Part shown: one piece after another, positions 27,598 through 36,093 of the stretch | How positions within the stretch are numbered: position 1 is the stretch's first letter | How the letters are laid out: each line of letters begins with the position of its first letter | Source: Serratia phage vB_SmaM_Yaphecito | Sequence record: MW021758.1 | Strand: one strand, 5' to 3' | DNA: 40,000 nt | Notes under the pieces: generated by a model | Databases searched by the model: none | What the model saw: the letters and a program-made list of their open reading frames with translations, nothing else | Told to the model about the DNA's origin: nothing | Made by a program: the position numbers and the translations under genes

Positions 27598-27684
27598 TGT
27601 TTTGCTCCTTAAAAGCATTGTTTATTGTTTCATTGCAATGAAAGTAATTAGTTGAAGAACAAACATCTTTGTTTATCTTCATAG

Positions 27685-27709
27685 TAGGAATATAGACGTG
27701 AAAAAAGTT
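27685..27709 (-). promoter_or_regulatory. Promoter-like motif TTTTTTCACGTCTATATTCCTACTA upstream of chmA
   Basis: Resembles TTTTTCACGTATATATTACCTAA at 18982-19003; lies about 90 nt upstream of the chmA ATG. Confidence 0.4.
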
Positions 27710-27885
27710 TCATTTCGGCTATATAGCCTATAGTACGACCTGAGCACCCCGAGGCACCCAAGAATAGTTTGTACATATAATAGATTATACGTACCTAGCA
27801 ACAATTCCAATCGGAATAGTTACTTTTACATATCTAATGGATCGTATGTAAAAAATTACCTAACCCTTTACCCATGAGGTAAACG

Positions 27886-28983
27886 ATGATCGAAATATTC
27901 AAAGACCTAAGGACAGATAACGTCAGGGATTATACGCCTGGCGCCATGAATCTCCTCAGGAACAATGCTCAATCGAATTTGGTTCGTACCAAATACTGGT
28001 ACCGTAAATCTGTACACGCAGTGGAGTCAGACCATATCCTGGTCCAGGTTCTTCAGCACGTAGCAGTCCAGTACCTGGGTAATGATGAAGACTTTTATTA
28101 CCGTGTTAACACCCAGGCTGATAAGATCATCCGTGCACTTGGGCTGAACAATGAAGTTCAACTCTCAGGTGCGCTGAGTAAGAACTCTTTCTTCCCTAAA
28201 AGCGTTCGCGAATTCATTATCTGCGTCAAGCGTCGCTACCCAACCAATTTGGACGTGACAGACATCTGGATGGACTTGGAACCTATTAAGGTAATATCTC
28301 ATCCATTTACCGACTTGACCATGCAGACTCGTAATGGTGAAGATTATCCGATCGGTAAGGCCGGTGCTTTCCTAGAATTGGACATCGGTTTACTTGCTCT
28401 CCAGTTCGTTAAATGGAAAGCTAATGTCCAGGCATATAGCGAAGTCAAACCGCTAGTTACTCAGTTCGTTTATCAATACCCATTGGTGAACATGATCAGT
28501 AGCGATATCGATACTTGCTTCTTTAACCGTCTGGCAGCGAGATGGGAGCATAAACCCATGGTAAGCCAACCCAAACGAATTGGACTGGCCTCCGTGGATT
28601 TAAACACACCTGCAGATTCAGTTATTGCCGACTTGATCAATCGGTTACGTACAGCCAACAAAGACTTCCTTACTTTGCCAGCTCAGATCCCTCTGATCTT
28701 CCTGGATAACCTCGCAGATAAACTGCGAATCCCGGATACGTTCTTCAACCGACAGAACCTGGGTATTTATACCTTGGCTTATATGCGATACCTGGCGTTC
28801 CTTGCCTGGGCAGGTAAAGAGACTAAGACGCAGAACAATACCCGCGTTGCTCAATACCTTGATCGCTATTTCAATCGGTTAAAGAACGGTAACTACTTCA
28901 ATGGGATTACCGGCGTCGATGTTAATCGAACTCTTCAACTACTTGAGTCCGAAGTGCTGAGTCCACTTGGTCTACGTCCATAA
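27886..28983 (+). CDS. Hypothetical protein, 365 aa, plus strand
   Basis: Long ORF divergent from chmA; upstream GGTAAACGATG. Confidence 0.8.
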   Translation: MIEIFKDLRTDNVRDYTPGAMNLLRNNAQSNLVRTKYWYRKSVHAVESDHILVQVLQHVAVQYLGNDEDFYYRVNTQADKIIRALGLNNEVQLSGALSKNSFFPKSVREFIICVKRRYPTNLDVTDIWMDLEPIKVISHPFTDLTMQTRNGEDYPIGKAGAFLELDIGLLALQFVKWKANVQAYSEVKPLVTQFVYQYPLVNMISSDIDTCFFNRLAARWEHKPMVSQPKRIGLASVDLNTPADSVIADLINRLRTANKDFLTLPAQIPLIFLDNLADKLRIPDTFFNRQNLGIYTLAYMRYLAFLAWAGKETKTQNNTRVAQYLDRYFNRLKNGNYFNGITGVDVNRTLQLLESEVLSPLGLRP

Positions 28984-31150
28984 AGGCTACGTCACGGTCG
29001 ATGTGGTCAAAGATAAGGCGAGTCTGGTTACTGTCAAACAGATAGTAGTCCAGGCTCTCTAAGACCAGGTACATCGGGCTCATTGCTGAACCGATAATCT
29101 TGCGAACGTCGATTGCATCCAGAATCTCTGATGGAATACCCATGGAGATAATGATACTCTCAGGCAGCAACATACGACCAACGTAACTCTTCCCTTTAGA
29201 CGCTAACCATTTACGGAAGCGACCAGCCATCTCCTGATCTTCCCACGTATTCAACCAGTTATCCGTTTTCTTCTTGGTGTCATGAATAATGCTAAACGCC
29301 AAAGCAGAATACGGAGGTGGTTCGATCAAACCATACTTAGGTGCGAACACTTCCTGCCACAACTCATAGTTCAGGTAAGGGGTGTTTTCACCTTCGTAAC
29401 CATCTTCCTCTTTTACACGAGCAGCTTTCAGGTAAGTTACTTCACCGTTACGAATAGAATCGTAAATGGTGTATTCCCAACGAGCTACCCAGCGTAAGTA
29501 ACGAGCGAGGTTAATCTTTTTATCTTCCGTAGCCAGGTCAGTGATTTCCTCGATGATTCTGTCAAGGTCAGCACGTACCCCGGCCGGTGAGTTAGATGCG
29601 ATTAACTCCACACCTTTCTTCTCACGTTTATACTTCTTAAAGATTACCCCCTCTTGTACCGCCATGTTAGCAAAGTAGTGCTTAGCACGAGACGTAAGAG
29701 TAAAGATAGGGAACAGGTATTCGTTCTTCATTGAGAGGCGGAATACTTCTTTAGGTTCTACAACACCCATGTTACCCGCCAAGCTAGCCAGGTTGTGTGT
29801 TGTGGTTTGAGATACAATGAAGCCCATAGATTCGGCTATGATGATGTTCTCATGGTTCACGCGGTTGTGACCAGAATACCATTGTACCCAATCCTGCACC
29901 GTAAAGATTGCGGAGTCTGTATCTGAACCTACACCACTACGACGGATGGAGTGAGGGAAGTCACACGTCAGGAACGGAATGTTCTTAGACATGAAGAAGA
30001 CGTTGATGATCTCCTTATACTTGTCCAGCTTCTGGTAGATCTGTTTGCACGTTGTGCCCATCAGACCAAAGCCTTCACGTTGACTCACTTCCTCGTAGTC
30101 GTCCCAAAGATCCTCTTCCAAGAGAATGTGTGGGAACATAACTTTCATCTGTGCGATGGTGTCATCATCTACGTGTTTCAGCCACGCTTCGTGATCAGGA
30201 TCGATCTCGGTAGCTGGAGTAACCAAACCAGAGATGAAGTCACGTACTAACGGTTCGTTGTATTTACGTAAGTGGTAAAGGTCGCCGGTATAAACAATAC
30301 CTGCACGCTCGATATCCGTGCAACCCTCTACGTACTTACGGATCGTACGGTGAGCTGGTGAGTCAGGGTTACCACGACCCCAATAAAGGTCACTGCCCCA
30401 ACGGATAACTTCCATAACTTCATCCACTGTCGGGATATGGAGGTTATGCTTCACTACCGCTTCTTCCACTTCGTCCCAATTGCTCAGGCTGAGGATACTA
30501 CTGATATTGTTCAGTACAACTTCAGGCTTCCAATAGTGACGGTTACCGGACAACAACCGATCATCGTTGGAGTTAGCACTACCGTTAGCAATACGACAGC
30601 ACGAAGTCAACACCGGGTGAGTACTACGGTCATGTAACGGACTGTGCTCAGAACGGTGGTTGCCTGAGATGGCGTTGTTCAGGATCTTTTTGTTGTTCTG
30701 GTTGTTCTTGTGGAACGTTGCTTTAAACCCGTTACCTTTACGCTCGGCTTCAAACATCAAGTGCTTCTCAGCGGAACGTTTGCTCAAGTTTCCTTTGATG
30801 TATTCAGAAAGCAGAGACTGTTTGATGTGCGGTGGCAGTACCGTAGTGAAGGTAGGTGCCAGTAACCAGCCGTTTGAAGTCACTGTACTGATGTACTGAG
30901 TAAACTTCACTGCTTTAGGATGCTGATCGAGTTCGTCGTCCCTTTCCAATAACAGGAACTCAGGATCCTTCATTTTATTCGGGCCTTCGAAGAGTTCTTC
31001 CCTTACGAAAGCTTCGCACTCATCCATCGGAAGTCCGGTTGACTTATGGAGGAGTAAAGTATTCTGTTCGATGTAACCCGTAATGACATCGATGTTACGC
31101 GTGTAGTGTGACGCAGGACGATTAAATGGGTTCTGAATATTAGCGGACAT
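28922..31150 (-). CDS. Family B-type DNA polymerase, C-terminal catalytic fragment (likely start MSANIQNPFNRPASHY)
   Basis: Motif C-like GVGSDTDSAIFTV; motif B-like NNKKILNNAISGNHRS; no motif A (DxxSLYP) seen N-terminally, suggesting a split polymerase. Confidence 0.65.
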   Translation of the reverse strand: MSANIQNPFNRPASHYTRNIDVITGYIEQNTLLLHKSTGLPMDECEAFVREELFEGPNKMKDPEFLLLERDDELDQHPKAVKFTQYISTVTSNGWLLAPTFTTVLPPHIKQSLLSEYIKGNLSKRSAEKHLMFEAERKGNGFKATFHKNNQNNKKILNNAISGNHRSEHSPLHDRSTHPVLTSCCRIANGSANSNDDRLLSGNRHYWKPEVVLNNISSILSLSNWDEVEEAVVKHNLHIPTVDEVMEVIRWGSDLYWGRGNPDSPAHRTIRKYVEGCTDIERAGIVYTGDLYHLRKYNEPLVRDFISGLVTPATEIDPDHEAWLKHVDDDTIAQMKVMFPHILLEEDLWDDYEEVSQREGFGLMGTTCKQIYQKLDKYKEIINVFFMSKNIPFLTCDFPHSIRRSGVGSDTDSAIFTVQDWVQWYSGHNRVNHENIIIAESMGFIVSQTTTHNLASLAGNMGVVEPKEVFRLSMKNEYLFPIFTLTSRAKHYFANMAVQEGVIFKKYKREKKGVELIASNSPAGVRADLDRIIEEITDLATEDKKINLARYLRWVARWEYTIYDSIRNGEVTYLKAARVKEEDGYEGENTPYLNYELWQEVFAPKYGLIEPPPYSALAFSIIHDTKKKTDNWLNTWEDQEMAGRFRKWLASKGKSYVGRMLLPESIIISMGIPSEILDAIDVRKIIGSAMSPMYLVLESLDYYLFDSNQTRLIFDHIDRDVAFMDVDQVDSALRTQVVEEFD

Positions 31151-31232
31151 GTTAATCCCTTTTTCTAATCTTAAACTTTCATCTATACCATCAGCCCATG
31201 ACGTAAAAGAAAAAAGAAAGAGAATAAATAGC

Positions 31233-31260
31233 CCTCCCTCTGCCATTAGGCAGAGGGAGG
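31233..31260. terminator. 12-bp perfect hairpin CCTCCCTCTGCC-ATTA-GGCAGAGGGAGG
   Basis: Inverted repeat downstream of minus gene 31267-31692. Confidence 0.65.
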
Positions 31261-31266
31261 AGTATG

Positions 31267-31692
31267 TTATCGTTGATTGATTTCGACGTCGTTGAAACCT
31301 GCGGCAGAGAGTGCCAGTCGAATCTTCTCTTGATCTTCTGGGGCAGTGTTCGGGACAGTCACGTAGGTGTTAACTACCTGGATTACCTGGATTGTATCAA
31401 CCTTAATCCAAGGTAACCCGATTACGCGCTCATCGCCGTTCTCCAGAGTAACTACTAACCACTTATAACCCGCAGGGTCATTTGGCGCTTGGCCAGGTGG
31501 AAGTAAGTTGTAGACCTTAGCGTGTTCAGCCGCAGCATCGACATTAAAGCGAGGCGTTGACTTGAACGAGATAAGGTCAGTAGGGACGCAGTTACGGAAA
31601 ATGTCACCGTAAAGTGTCACCGGGTAAATCTGGAACGTAACCCGATCACCCAGGTTAAACTTACCCAGGATCTTGTTACCTGCTTCAGCCAT
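31267..31692 (-). CDS. Small beta-rich protein, SH3-like barrel suspected
   Basis: LGDRVTFQIYPVTLYGDIFRN...YKWLVVTLENGDERVIGLPWIKVDTIQVI. Confidence 0.5.
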   Translation of the reverse strand: MAEAGNKILGKFNLGDRVTFQIYPVTLYGDIFRNCVPTDLISFKSTPRFNVDAAAEHAKVYNLLPPGQAPNDPAGYKWLVVTLENGDERVIGLPWIKVDTIQVIQVVNTYVTVPNTAPEDQEKIRLALSAAGFNDVEINQR

Positions 31693-32065
31693 TTTTACTT
31701 CTCCATTTCAGAGTTACTAAGATTTCGCAAGAATTCATAACATCCAGACTTACGAAGTCGAACTCCTCATTGCGTAGATGGGTGAAGACATCGGTATCCA
31801 TCAAAGAACGATAGAAGTTGATTGCAGGTAAACTCGAGTTAATTAACCAATCGAAAGTAGGCGGCGCTCCTTCCTCGAGAGACAACAGTTCAATGAAACA
31901 CCATTCAATCTCTTTAACGGCTTCTTCCATGACGAAGACGGGGTCGATCTCCAGATCTTCCCCAGACTCGCTAGCCTCTTTCTTAATACGCCCGGTTATC
32001 GCGTCTACGTATTCCCCAATTACGACGGGGAGATATACGCTGCTGTGGTAACATTTCAGAATCAT
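31685..32065 (-). CDS. Member of the small-ORF paralogous array
   Basis: ORF; C-terminal EEFDFVSLDVMNSCEILVTLKW. Confidence 0.6.
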   Translation of the reverse strand: MILKCYHSSVYLPVVIGEYVDAITGRIKKEASESGEDLEIDPVFVMEEAVKEIEWCFIELLSLEEGAPPTFDWLINSSLPAINFYRSLMDTDVFTHLRNEEFDFVSLDVMNSCEILVTLKWRSKNG

Positions 32066-32441
32066 TTGTCAGGTATCTCATCGCAATGGATTTAGTTAAC
32101 CCGAGTATGGTGAAGTTATCAATGAAAGAGGCATCTTTGATTACACCCATGCACTGACGCATCATTACCTGAGTCAATTCATTCCTTAATAACTCACGCT
32201 GCTCTTCGATTATTTCAAGAGCAACATCCATTTTACATTTACTATCGGCAAACACATAGCCCCGCATAGAACCCTCGAATGTGCCGCCGCTCATGATATC
32301 ATCCAGAATACAATGGGTAATACCTTCACGGCTGACATATACCATTTCGTCAGAGGCTTCTACTACAGAACACAGGTTTTCCAACAGCCTTAAATACTCA
32401 AGTGCTTCAAAGACAATTACTTTAGCTACGGTGCTCACCAA
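31983..32441 (-). CDS. Member of the small-ORF paralogous array (start uncertain)
   Basis: ORF; C-terminal ASFIDNFTILGLTKSIAMRYL. Confidence 0.55.
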   Translation of the reverse strand: MVSTVAKVIVFEALEYLRLLENLCSVVEASDEMVYVSREGITHCILDDIMSGGTFEGSMRGYVFADSKCKMDVALEIIEEQRELLRNELTQVMMRQCMGVIKDASFIDNFTILGLTKSIAMRYLTNDSEMLPQQRISPRRNWGIRRRDNRAY

Positions 32442-32875
32442 ACCTCCCGGTCATAATCGACTAACTGTAAACCGAATGTGTGCCCGCGTACGAAAGCACG
32501 ATCAATACTGACTCGGCTCAACGGGATGTCGATACGGTTGGCGATGCGTTCGATTTCTTTATCAAGATACCTTGCGAAGTCAGATACGATTTCCACATAT
32601 ACTTGCACTTCACGTTCAATTTGCTCATAAACGTAATCCGGGCTATCTTCCGTCAACTCGTTATAACCAAACTGTTCTTCAAGATTATCCTGGAGATTAT
32701 CAAACGCTTCTCCATTGGGATGGATGTAGTAATCCAAAGACAACTGAGCAGCATACTTAAGTAACTCCGGGCCAGTTAGATCCGGAGCGTGCCTCTTTAC
32801 GAATGCATCTAGAACACTTGCATTCCATCCACGAATCTCGAATAGTGCCGTGGAAGTGAAGTTACGGTTAATCAT
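32435..32875 (-). CDS. Member of the small-ORF paralogous array
   Basis: ORF; C-terminal IPLSRVSIDRAFVRGHTFGLQLVDY. Confidence 0.6.
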   Translation of the reverse strand: MINRNFTSTALFEIRGWNASVLDAFVKRHAPDLTGPELLKYAAQLSLDYYIHPNGEAFDNLQDNLEEQFGYNELTEDSPDYVYEQIEREVQVYVEIVSDFARYLDKEIERIANRIDIPLSRVSIDRAFVRGHTFGLQLVDYDREVW

Positions 32876-33279
32876 GGTTTCTCCAACATCAACCTTATTG
32901 AAGATTGACTGAAGTCGATAGATGATACGGAGTACTCTCCGGTTAAGTTCCTGGCAAGCAGAACATGCGCATAGAACTTTTGAAACATGCCGTAAAAAAC
33001 GAGCGCGTCAGACATCCAGTTGTTCATGTCCCAATTCTCTTTCTGGAAGAACGGATTACGAACTAACATGATGATTTCGGAGAGTTCCTTAAGTATTACC
33101 TTAGGAGGCGTAGAGGCCGTAATAGAGTTGATAGCCCCTTCGATCAACAATCGAGGTGCTCCAATGATCCCCCAGTCTTTACTAAGGCTGAGATAGAGAT
33201 CGTGGATTTCCTCTTTGTAGTCGAGATATAGAACTATTCTCTTTGAATGCCTCCCAGGCGGGCTTCTTAAATCTAACAT
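32872..33279 (-). CDS. Member of the small-ORF paralogous array (start uncertain)
   Basis: ORF; RIVLYLDYKEEIHDLYLSLS... and C-terminal YSVSSIDFSQSSIRLMLEK. Confidence 0.6.
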   Translation of the reverse strand: MLDLRSPPGRHSKRIVLYLDYKEEIHDLYLSLSKDWGIIGAPRLLIEGAINSITASTPPKVILKELSEIIMLVRNPFFQKENWDMNNWMSDALVFYGMFQKFYAHVLLARNLTGEYSVSSIDFSQSSIRLMLEKP

Positions 33280-33655
33280 AGAGCGTTCCTAAGGTGAGAT
33301 CAAAATCGAACATTATATCCTCTATAGAATCAATAACGCCGAAGTACCCTGAGGATTGCGGCCCTAGATTACGAGACATTTTCTGAATCATCAGGTAGAT
33401 ATTAGTCCGATGTAATTCATACTCCTCTTCGTTATTAAGCGGATGTTTGATCAACGATTTCTCGACCAGTACCTCCATCTCATTAACGATACGATAACGT
33501 AACCTCATGTCAAAGACAGAGGATCCATCGCTATTTACTGAATAGGTCATGGCATAAAGGAATGCTACCCGAACACAATCAGCCACGGAGAGCCCATACG
33601 GACTCACCATGACTTTAAATAGACTGAGTAGGTTCGAGATATCAACAATATGCAC
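33182..33655 (-). CDS. Member of the small-ORF paralogous array, probable GTG start
   Basis: HIVDISNLLSLFKVMVSPYGLSVADCVRVAFLYAMTYSV...SIEDIMFDFDLTLGTLYVRFK; the longer track ORF (to 33802) would overlap the upstream gene extensively. Confidence 0.6.
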   Translation of the reverse strand: MHIVDISNLLSLFKVMVSPYGLSVADCVRVAFLYAMTYSVNSDGSSVFDMRLRYRIVNEMEVLVEKSLIKHPLNNEEEYELHRTNIYLMIQKMSRNLGPQSSGYFGVIDSIEDIMFDFDLTLGTLYVRFKKPAWEAFKENSSISRLQRGNPRSLSQP

Positions 33656-33989
33656 TGACCGATAACGTTCTTGTTGGGAAGTCAAGGTGCCAGTTTCCTT
33701 CGAAAAGATGCGGGGGTAAGCCGGTGTGATAGACGATTTGTTTCTTGAAGAAATCACTAACCTCCAAGACCAAACAATCAAAGACAATATGGTCGAAACC
33801 AAACATACTCAAGTCGTTCGCTATCTCATCAACACGGTAGGAGAAGAGATCGGGTTCCATAAGGTTAGCCAACAAGTATTTCAGATGCACCTCAACGTTA
33901 ACTGAGTTCTTCGCATCCCGATCTACATTATCGAGTAACCTCGTGTATCTTGCCCGTAGCGTTTCTACTGGAATCAACCATGTCCTCAT
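33642..33989 (-). CDS. Member of the small-ORF paralogous array
   Basis: ORF; FGFDHIVFDCLVLEVSDFF...NWHLDFPTRTLSVSAYC. Confidence 0.6.
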   Translation of the reverse strand: MRTWLIPVETLRARYTRLLDNVDRDAKNSVNVEVHLKYLLANLMEPDLFSYRVDEIANDLSMFGFDHIVFDCLVLEVSDFFKKQIVYHTGLPPHLFEGNWHLDFPTRTLSVSAYC

Positions 33990-33992
33990 AAC

Positions 33993-34472
33993 TCACCCAT
34001 TACGTTTGTGATAATCGTAAATACGATAGTCACCGTGACTCCGTAATAGAAGAGCGGTTGGTGTAGATTTCTCGTACTCCAAATATTCCCAGCTGAGATC
34101 TACGCCGATCGATCCCAATACTGACCGGATACGAACTTCGTACATGTCGATAACTTCACGGAAGAATTCACCTGACATCTCATCGCTATTTTGCTCTTCA
34201 CCACGGTCGTCTATATAAACGCCTTCGGGATCGTAGCCCTTGAACCACTTCCCGATTTCCTGAACCTCATCCCAATACTCCGGGGAACCGAAACGCTTGT
34301 CCTTCTGAATGATATTCCAGATGATGCGCTCGGTAGTTTCTTGCAAATTGTTTATCGAAATGTTCGGATCGATTCGTTCACGGTACTCAGGATACCGACG
34401 GATAAACTGTCGTATTGTACTGAGCAAGAACCCGGTTAACGAATAACTATCTACGACAACTAACTTGCCCAT
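33993..34472 (-). CDS. Member of the small-ORF paralogous array
   Basis: ORF; MGKLVVVDSYSLTGFLLSTIRQFI... Confidence 0.6.
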   Translation of the reverse strand: MGKLVVVDSYSLTGFLLSTIRQFIRRYPEYRERIDPNISINNLQETTERIIWNIIQKDKRFGSPEYWDEVQEIGKWFKGYDPEGVYIDDRGEEQNSDEMSGEFFREVIDMYEVRIRSVLGSIGVDLSWEYLEYEKSTPTALLLRSHGDYRIYDYHKRNG

Positions 34473-34481
34473 TGCAATCCT

Positions 34482-34898
34482 CTAATCCATAACTGAAACA
34501 TCGTAGTGACTAATCAAGGCGGTTTCTACAGCCAGAACTGGATCGGCTAAACCGTCTACGATATCTGACAAAGAACGACCCATTGTAGCCAGGCTGTTCT
34601 CGAAGAGATTGATTCCCTCAGGTCGAGTGAATAAGTCAGATAAGAAATCCAACTCCTTCATCCTAGCCTGTAGAGTTTCTTCAGACATCTCTTCGTCGTC
34701 GTATACGTACTCGATGTGATCGTTGTAATAATGTTCGTTGAAGGAAAGGGTTTTATCCGATTCCCCTTCGTAGATCCCTGTCCATATAGCGGTGTTCACT
34801 AACGAATAAAGGAATCGGTATTTAGCTTCCAAACCATCCAGCTTATTCAGGATTACTTGAACAGACATTGGGTAGTCGAGACGGTATATTCTCTCCAT
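34482..34898 (-). CDS. Member of the small-ORF paralogous array
   Basis: ORF; MERIYRLDYPMSVQVILNKLDGLEAKYRFLYSLVNTAIW... Confidence 0.6.
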   Translation of the reverse strand: MERIYRLDYPMSVQVILNKLDGLEAKYRFLYSLVNTAIWTGIYEGESDKTLSFNEHYYNDHIEYVYDDEEMSEETLQARMKELDFLSDLFTRPEGINLFENSLATMGRSLSDIVDGLADPVLAVETALISHYDVSVMD

Positions 34899-35218
34899 GA
34901 CTTACTCCTAGGGATTGCATTAGGGTTTCTGTCGTAGAACTCCTCTTCATCTACGTGTATTGCTACACGGCCGAATGGAGCGAGTTGAACATCCTCTATA
35001 TCCAAGAAATTATAACCTGGCATGAACCGCCATAATCTCCTGACTGTCTCAGCTACTCTTCTGTTTGATCCGTCAATATAAGTCGGATGTACCAAATTTA
35101 GATCATTGTCTTTCGTAATGCAAAATATGAATATTTCAAGCAAGTCTCCTTGGCTCAGTTCTGGGTCTATCTTTCTCGCTATACTGATCATCGTGTTGAT
35201 GTCGTAAAGTATAATCAT
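34853..35218 (-). CDS. Member of the small-ORF paralogous array
   Basis: ORF; MIILYDINTMISIARKIDPELSQGDLLEIFIFCIT...FLDIEDVQLAPFGRVAIHVDEEEF. Confidence 0.6.
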   Translation of the reverse strand: MIILYDINTMISIARKIDPELSQGDLLEIFIFCITKDNDLNLVHPTYIDGSNRRVAETVRRLWRFMPGYNFLDIEDVQLAPFGRVAIHVDEEEFYDRNPNAIPRSKSWREYTVSTTQCLFK

Positions 35219-35607
35219 TTTCTCACCGCTAGTTTCAGTGTGAATTCCCTTTTCCTAAAATAGATTTCCTCAATGTACAGATGTCGATAATGGTCGAAGC
35301 TCGAGATCATGTAGTCAGTGAGGATGTCTTCGTGATCACAGACGTTATCAAATATCTCGAATAACATCCTATCGTAATCGACCGGGTTCCTTCCCGGTAG
35401 TAGCATGGCTGCTCGAGGAAGCTCATCCTTACCAGTCCTGATTACCCAGGTATACAACTGCTCTGCCCAGCCGAGGTCACCTACACTCCACCAAGTGAAT
35501 AACATCAATTGGAAGATCGTGTTCTCATGGACTAAGTAAGGATAAGGTTTCGTGATAGAACGTAACACCAATGGTACGTTACCTACTACTGTAGTTTGCC
35601 CAATCAT
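35215..35607 (-). CDS. Member of the small-ORF paralogous array
   Basis: ORF; C-terminal LYIEEIYFRKREFTLKLAVRK. Confidence 0.6.
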   Translation of the reverse strand: MIGQTTVVGNVPLVLRSITKPYPYLVHENTIFQLMLFTWWSVGDLGWAEQLYTWVIRTGKDELPRAAMLLPGRNPVDYDRMLFEIFDNVCDHEDILTDYMISSFDHYRHLYIEEIYFRKREFTLKLAVRK

Positions 35608-36093
35608 AATTGTCCCTGTAATCCACCAGATTCAATTTAATACCAAATGTGCAGCAACTACCCTCATTATAAGTGAAAGCTACGTACAATTTGATACAGT
35701 AAGTTCTAGAGTATAAAACTCCTATCATTGTAGTAATATAGTTCTGAAATCATTTCGAGCAAAAAGTCATAATAGCATATCTCTCCCCGACGACCGGTTA
35801 AGGTCGCCGAGGGAGATAGCTACGGAAGGAAGACGCTACAGCGTTCAATCGTTCAACGTTTGTTTGCAGATCTATAGTGCGGTATATCTTGTTTAGAGCC
35901 GAATACGATTTAGTCGGCTAATGTACGGAACTTAATCCGCGAGGGGTTGGTCTTCTTCAGACCTTTTCCAAATTGTTAAACGGAGCGGGAGGTTAACCCC
36001 GCCCAGAGTTTTATCCGAATCCAAGCGCAGCGTTAACTGCCGAAGATCAAGATTGAACTACTTTGAAACACGAAGAATGTTTTCTACATACTA

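Noticed and set aside
25840-27612. 590-aa plus-strand ORF antisense to the chimallin-like gene
   Set aside because: It mirrors the whole chmA frame, has no plausible SD and its protein looks like a low-complexity antisense shadow. The minus-strand protein matches a known family and context.
33656-33802. N-terminal extension of the track ORF 33182-33802
   Set aside because: It lies antiparallel-free but out of frame across the 33642-33989 gene and lacks the family pattern; the GTG at 33655 fits the paralogue alignment better.
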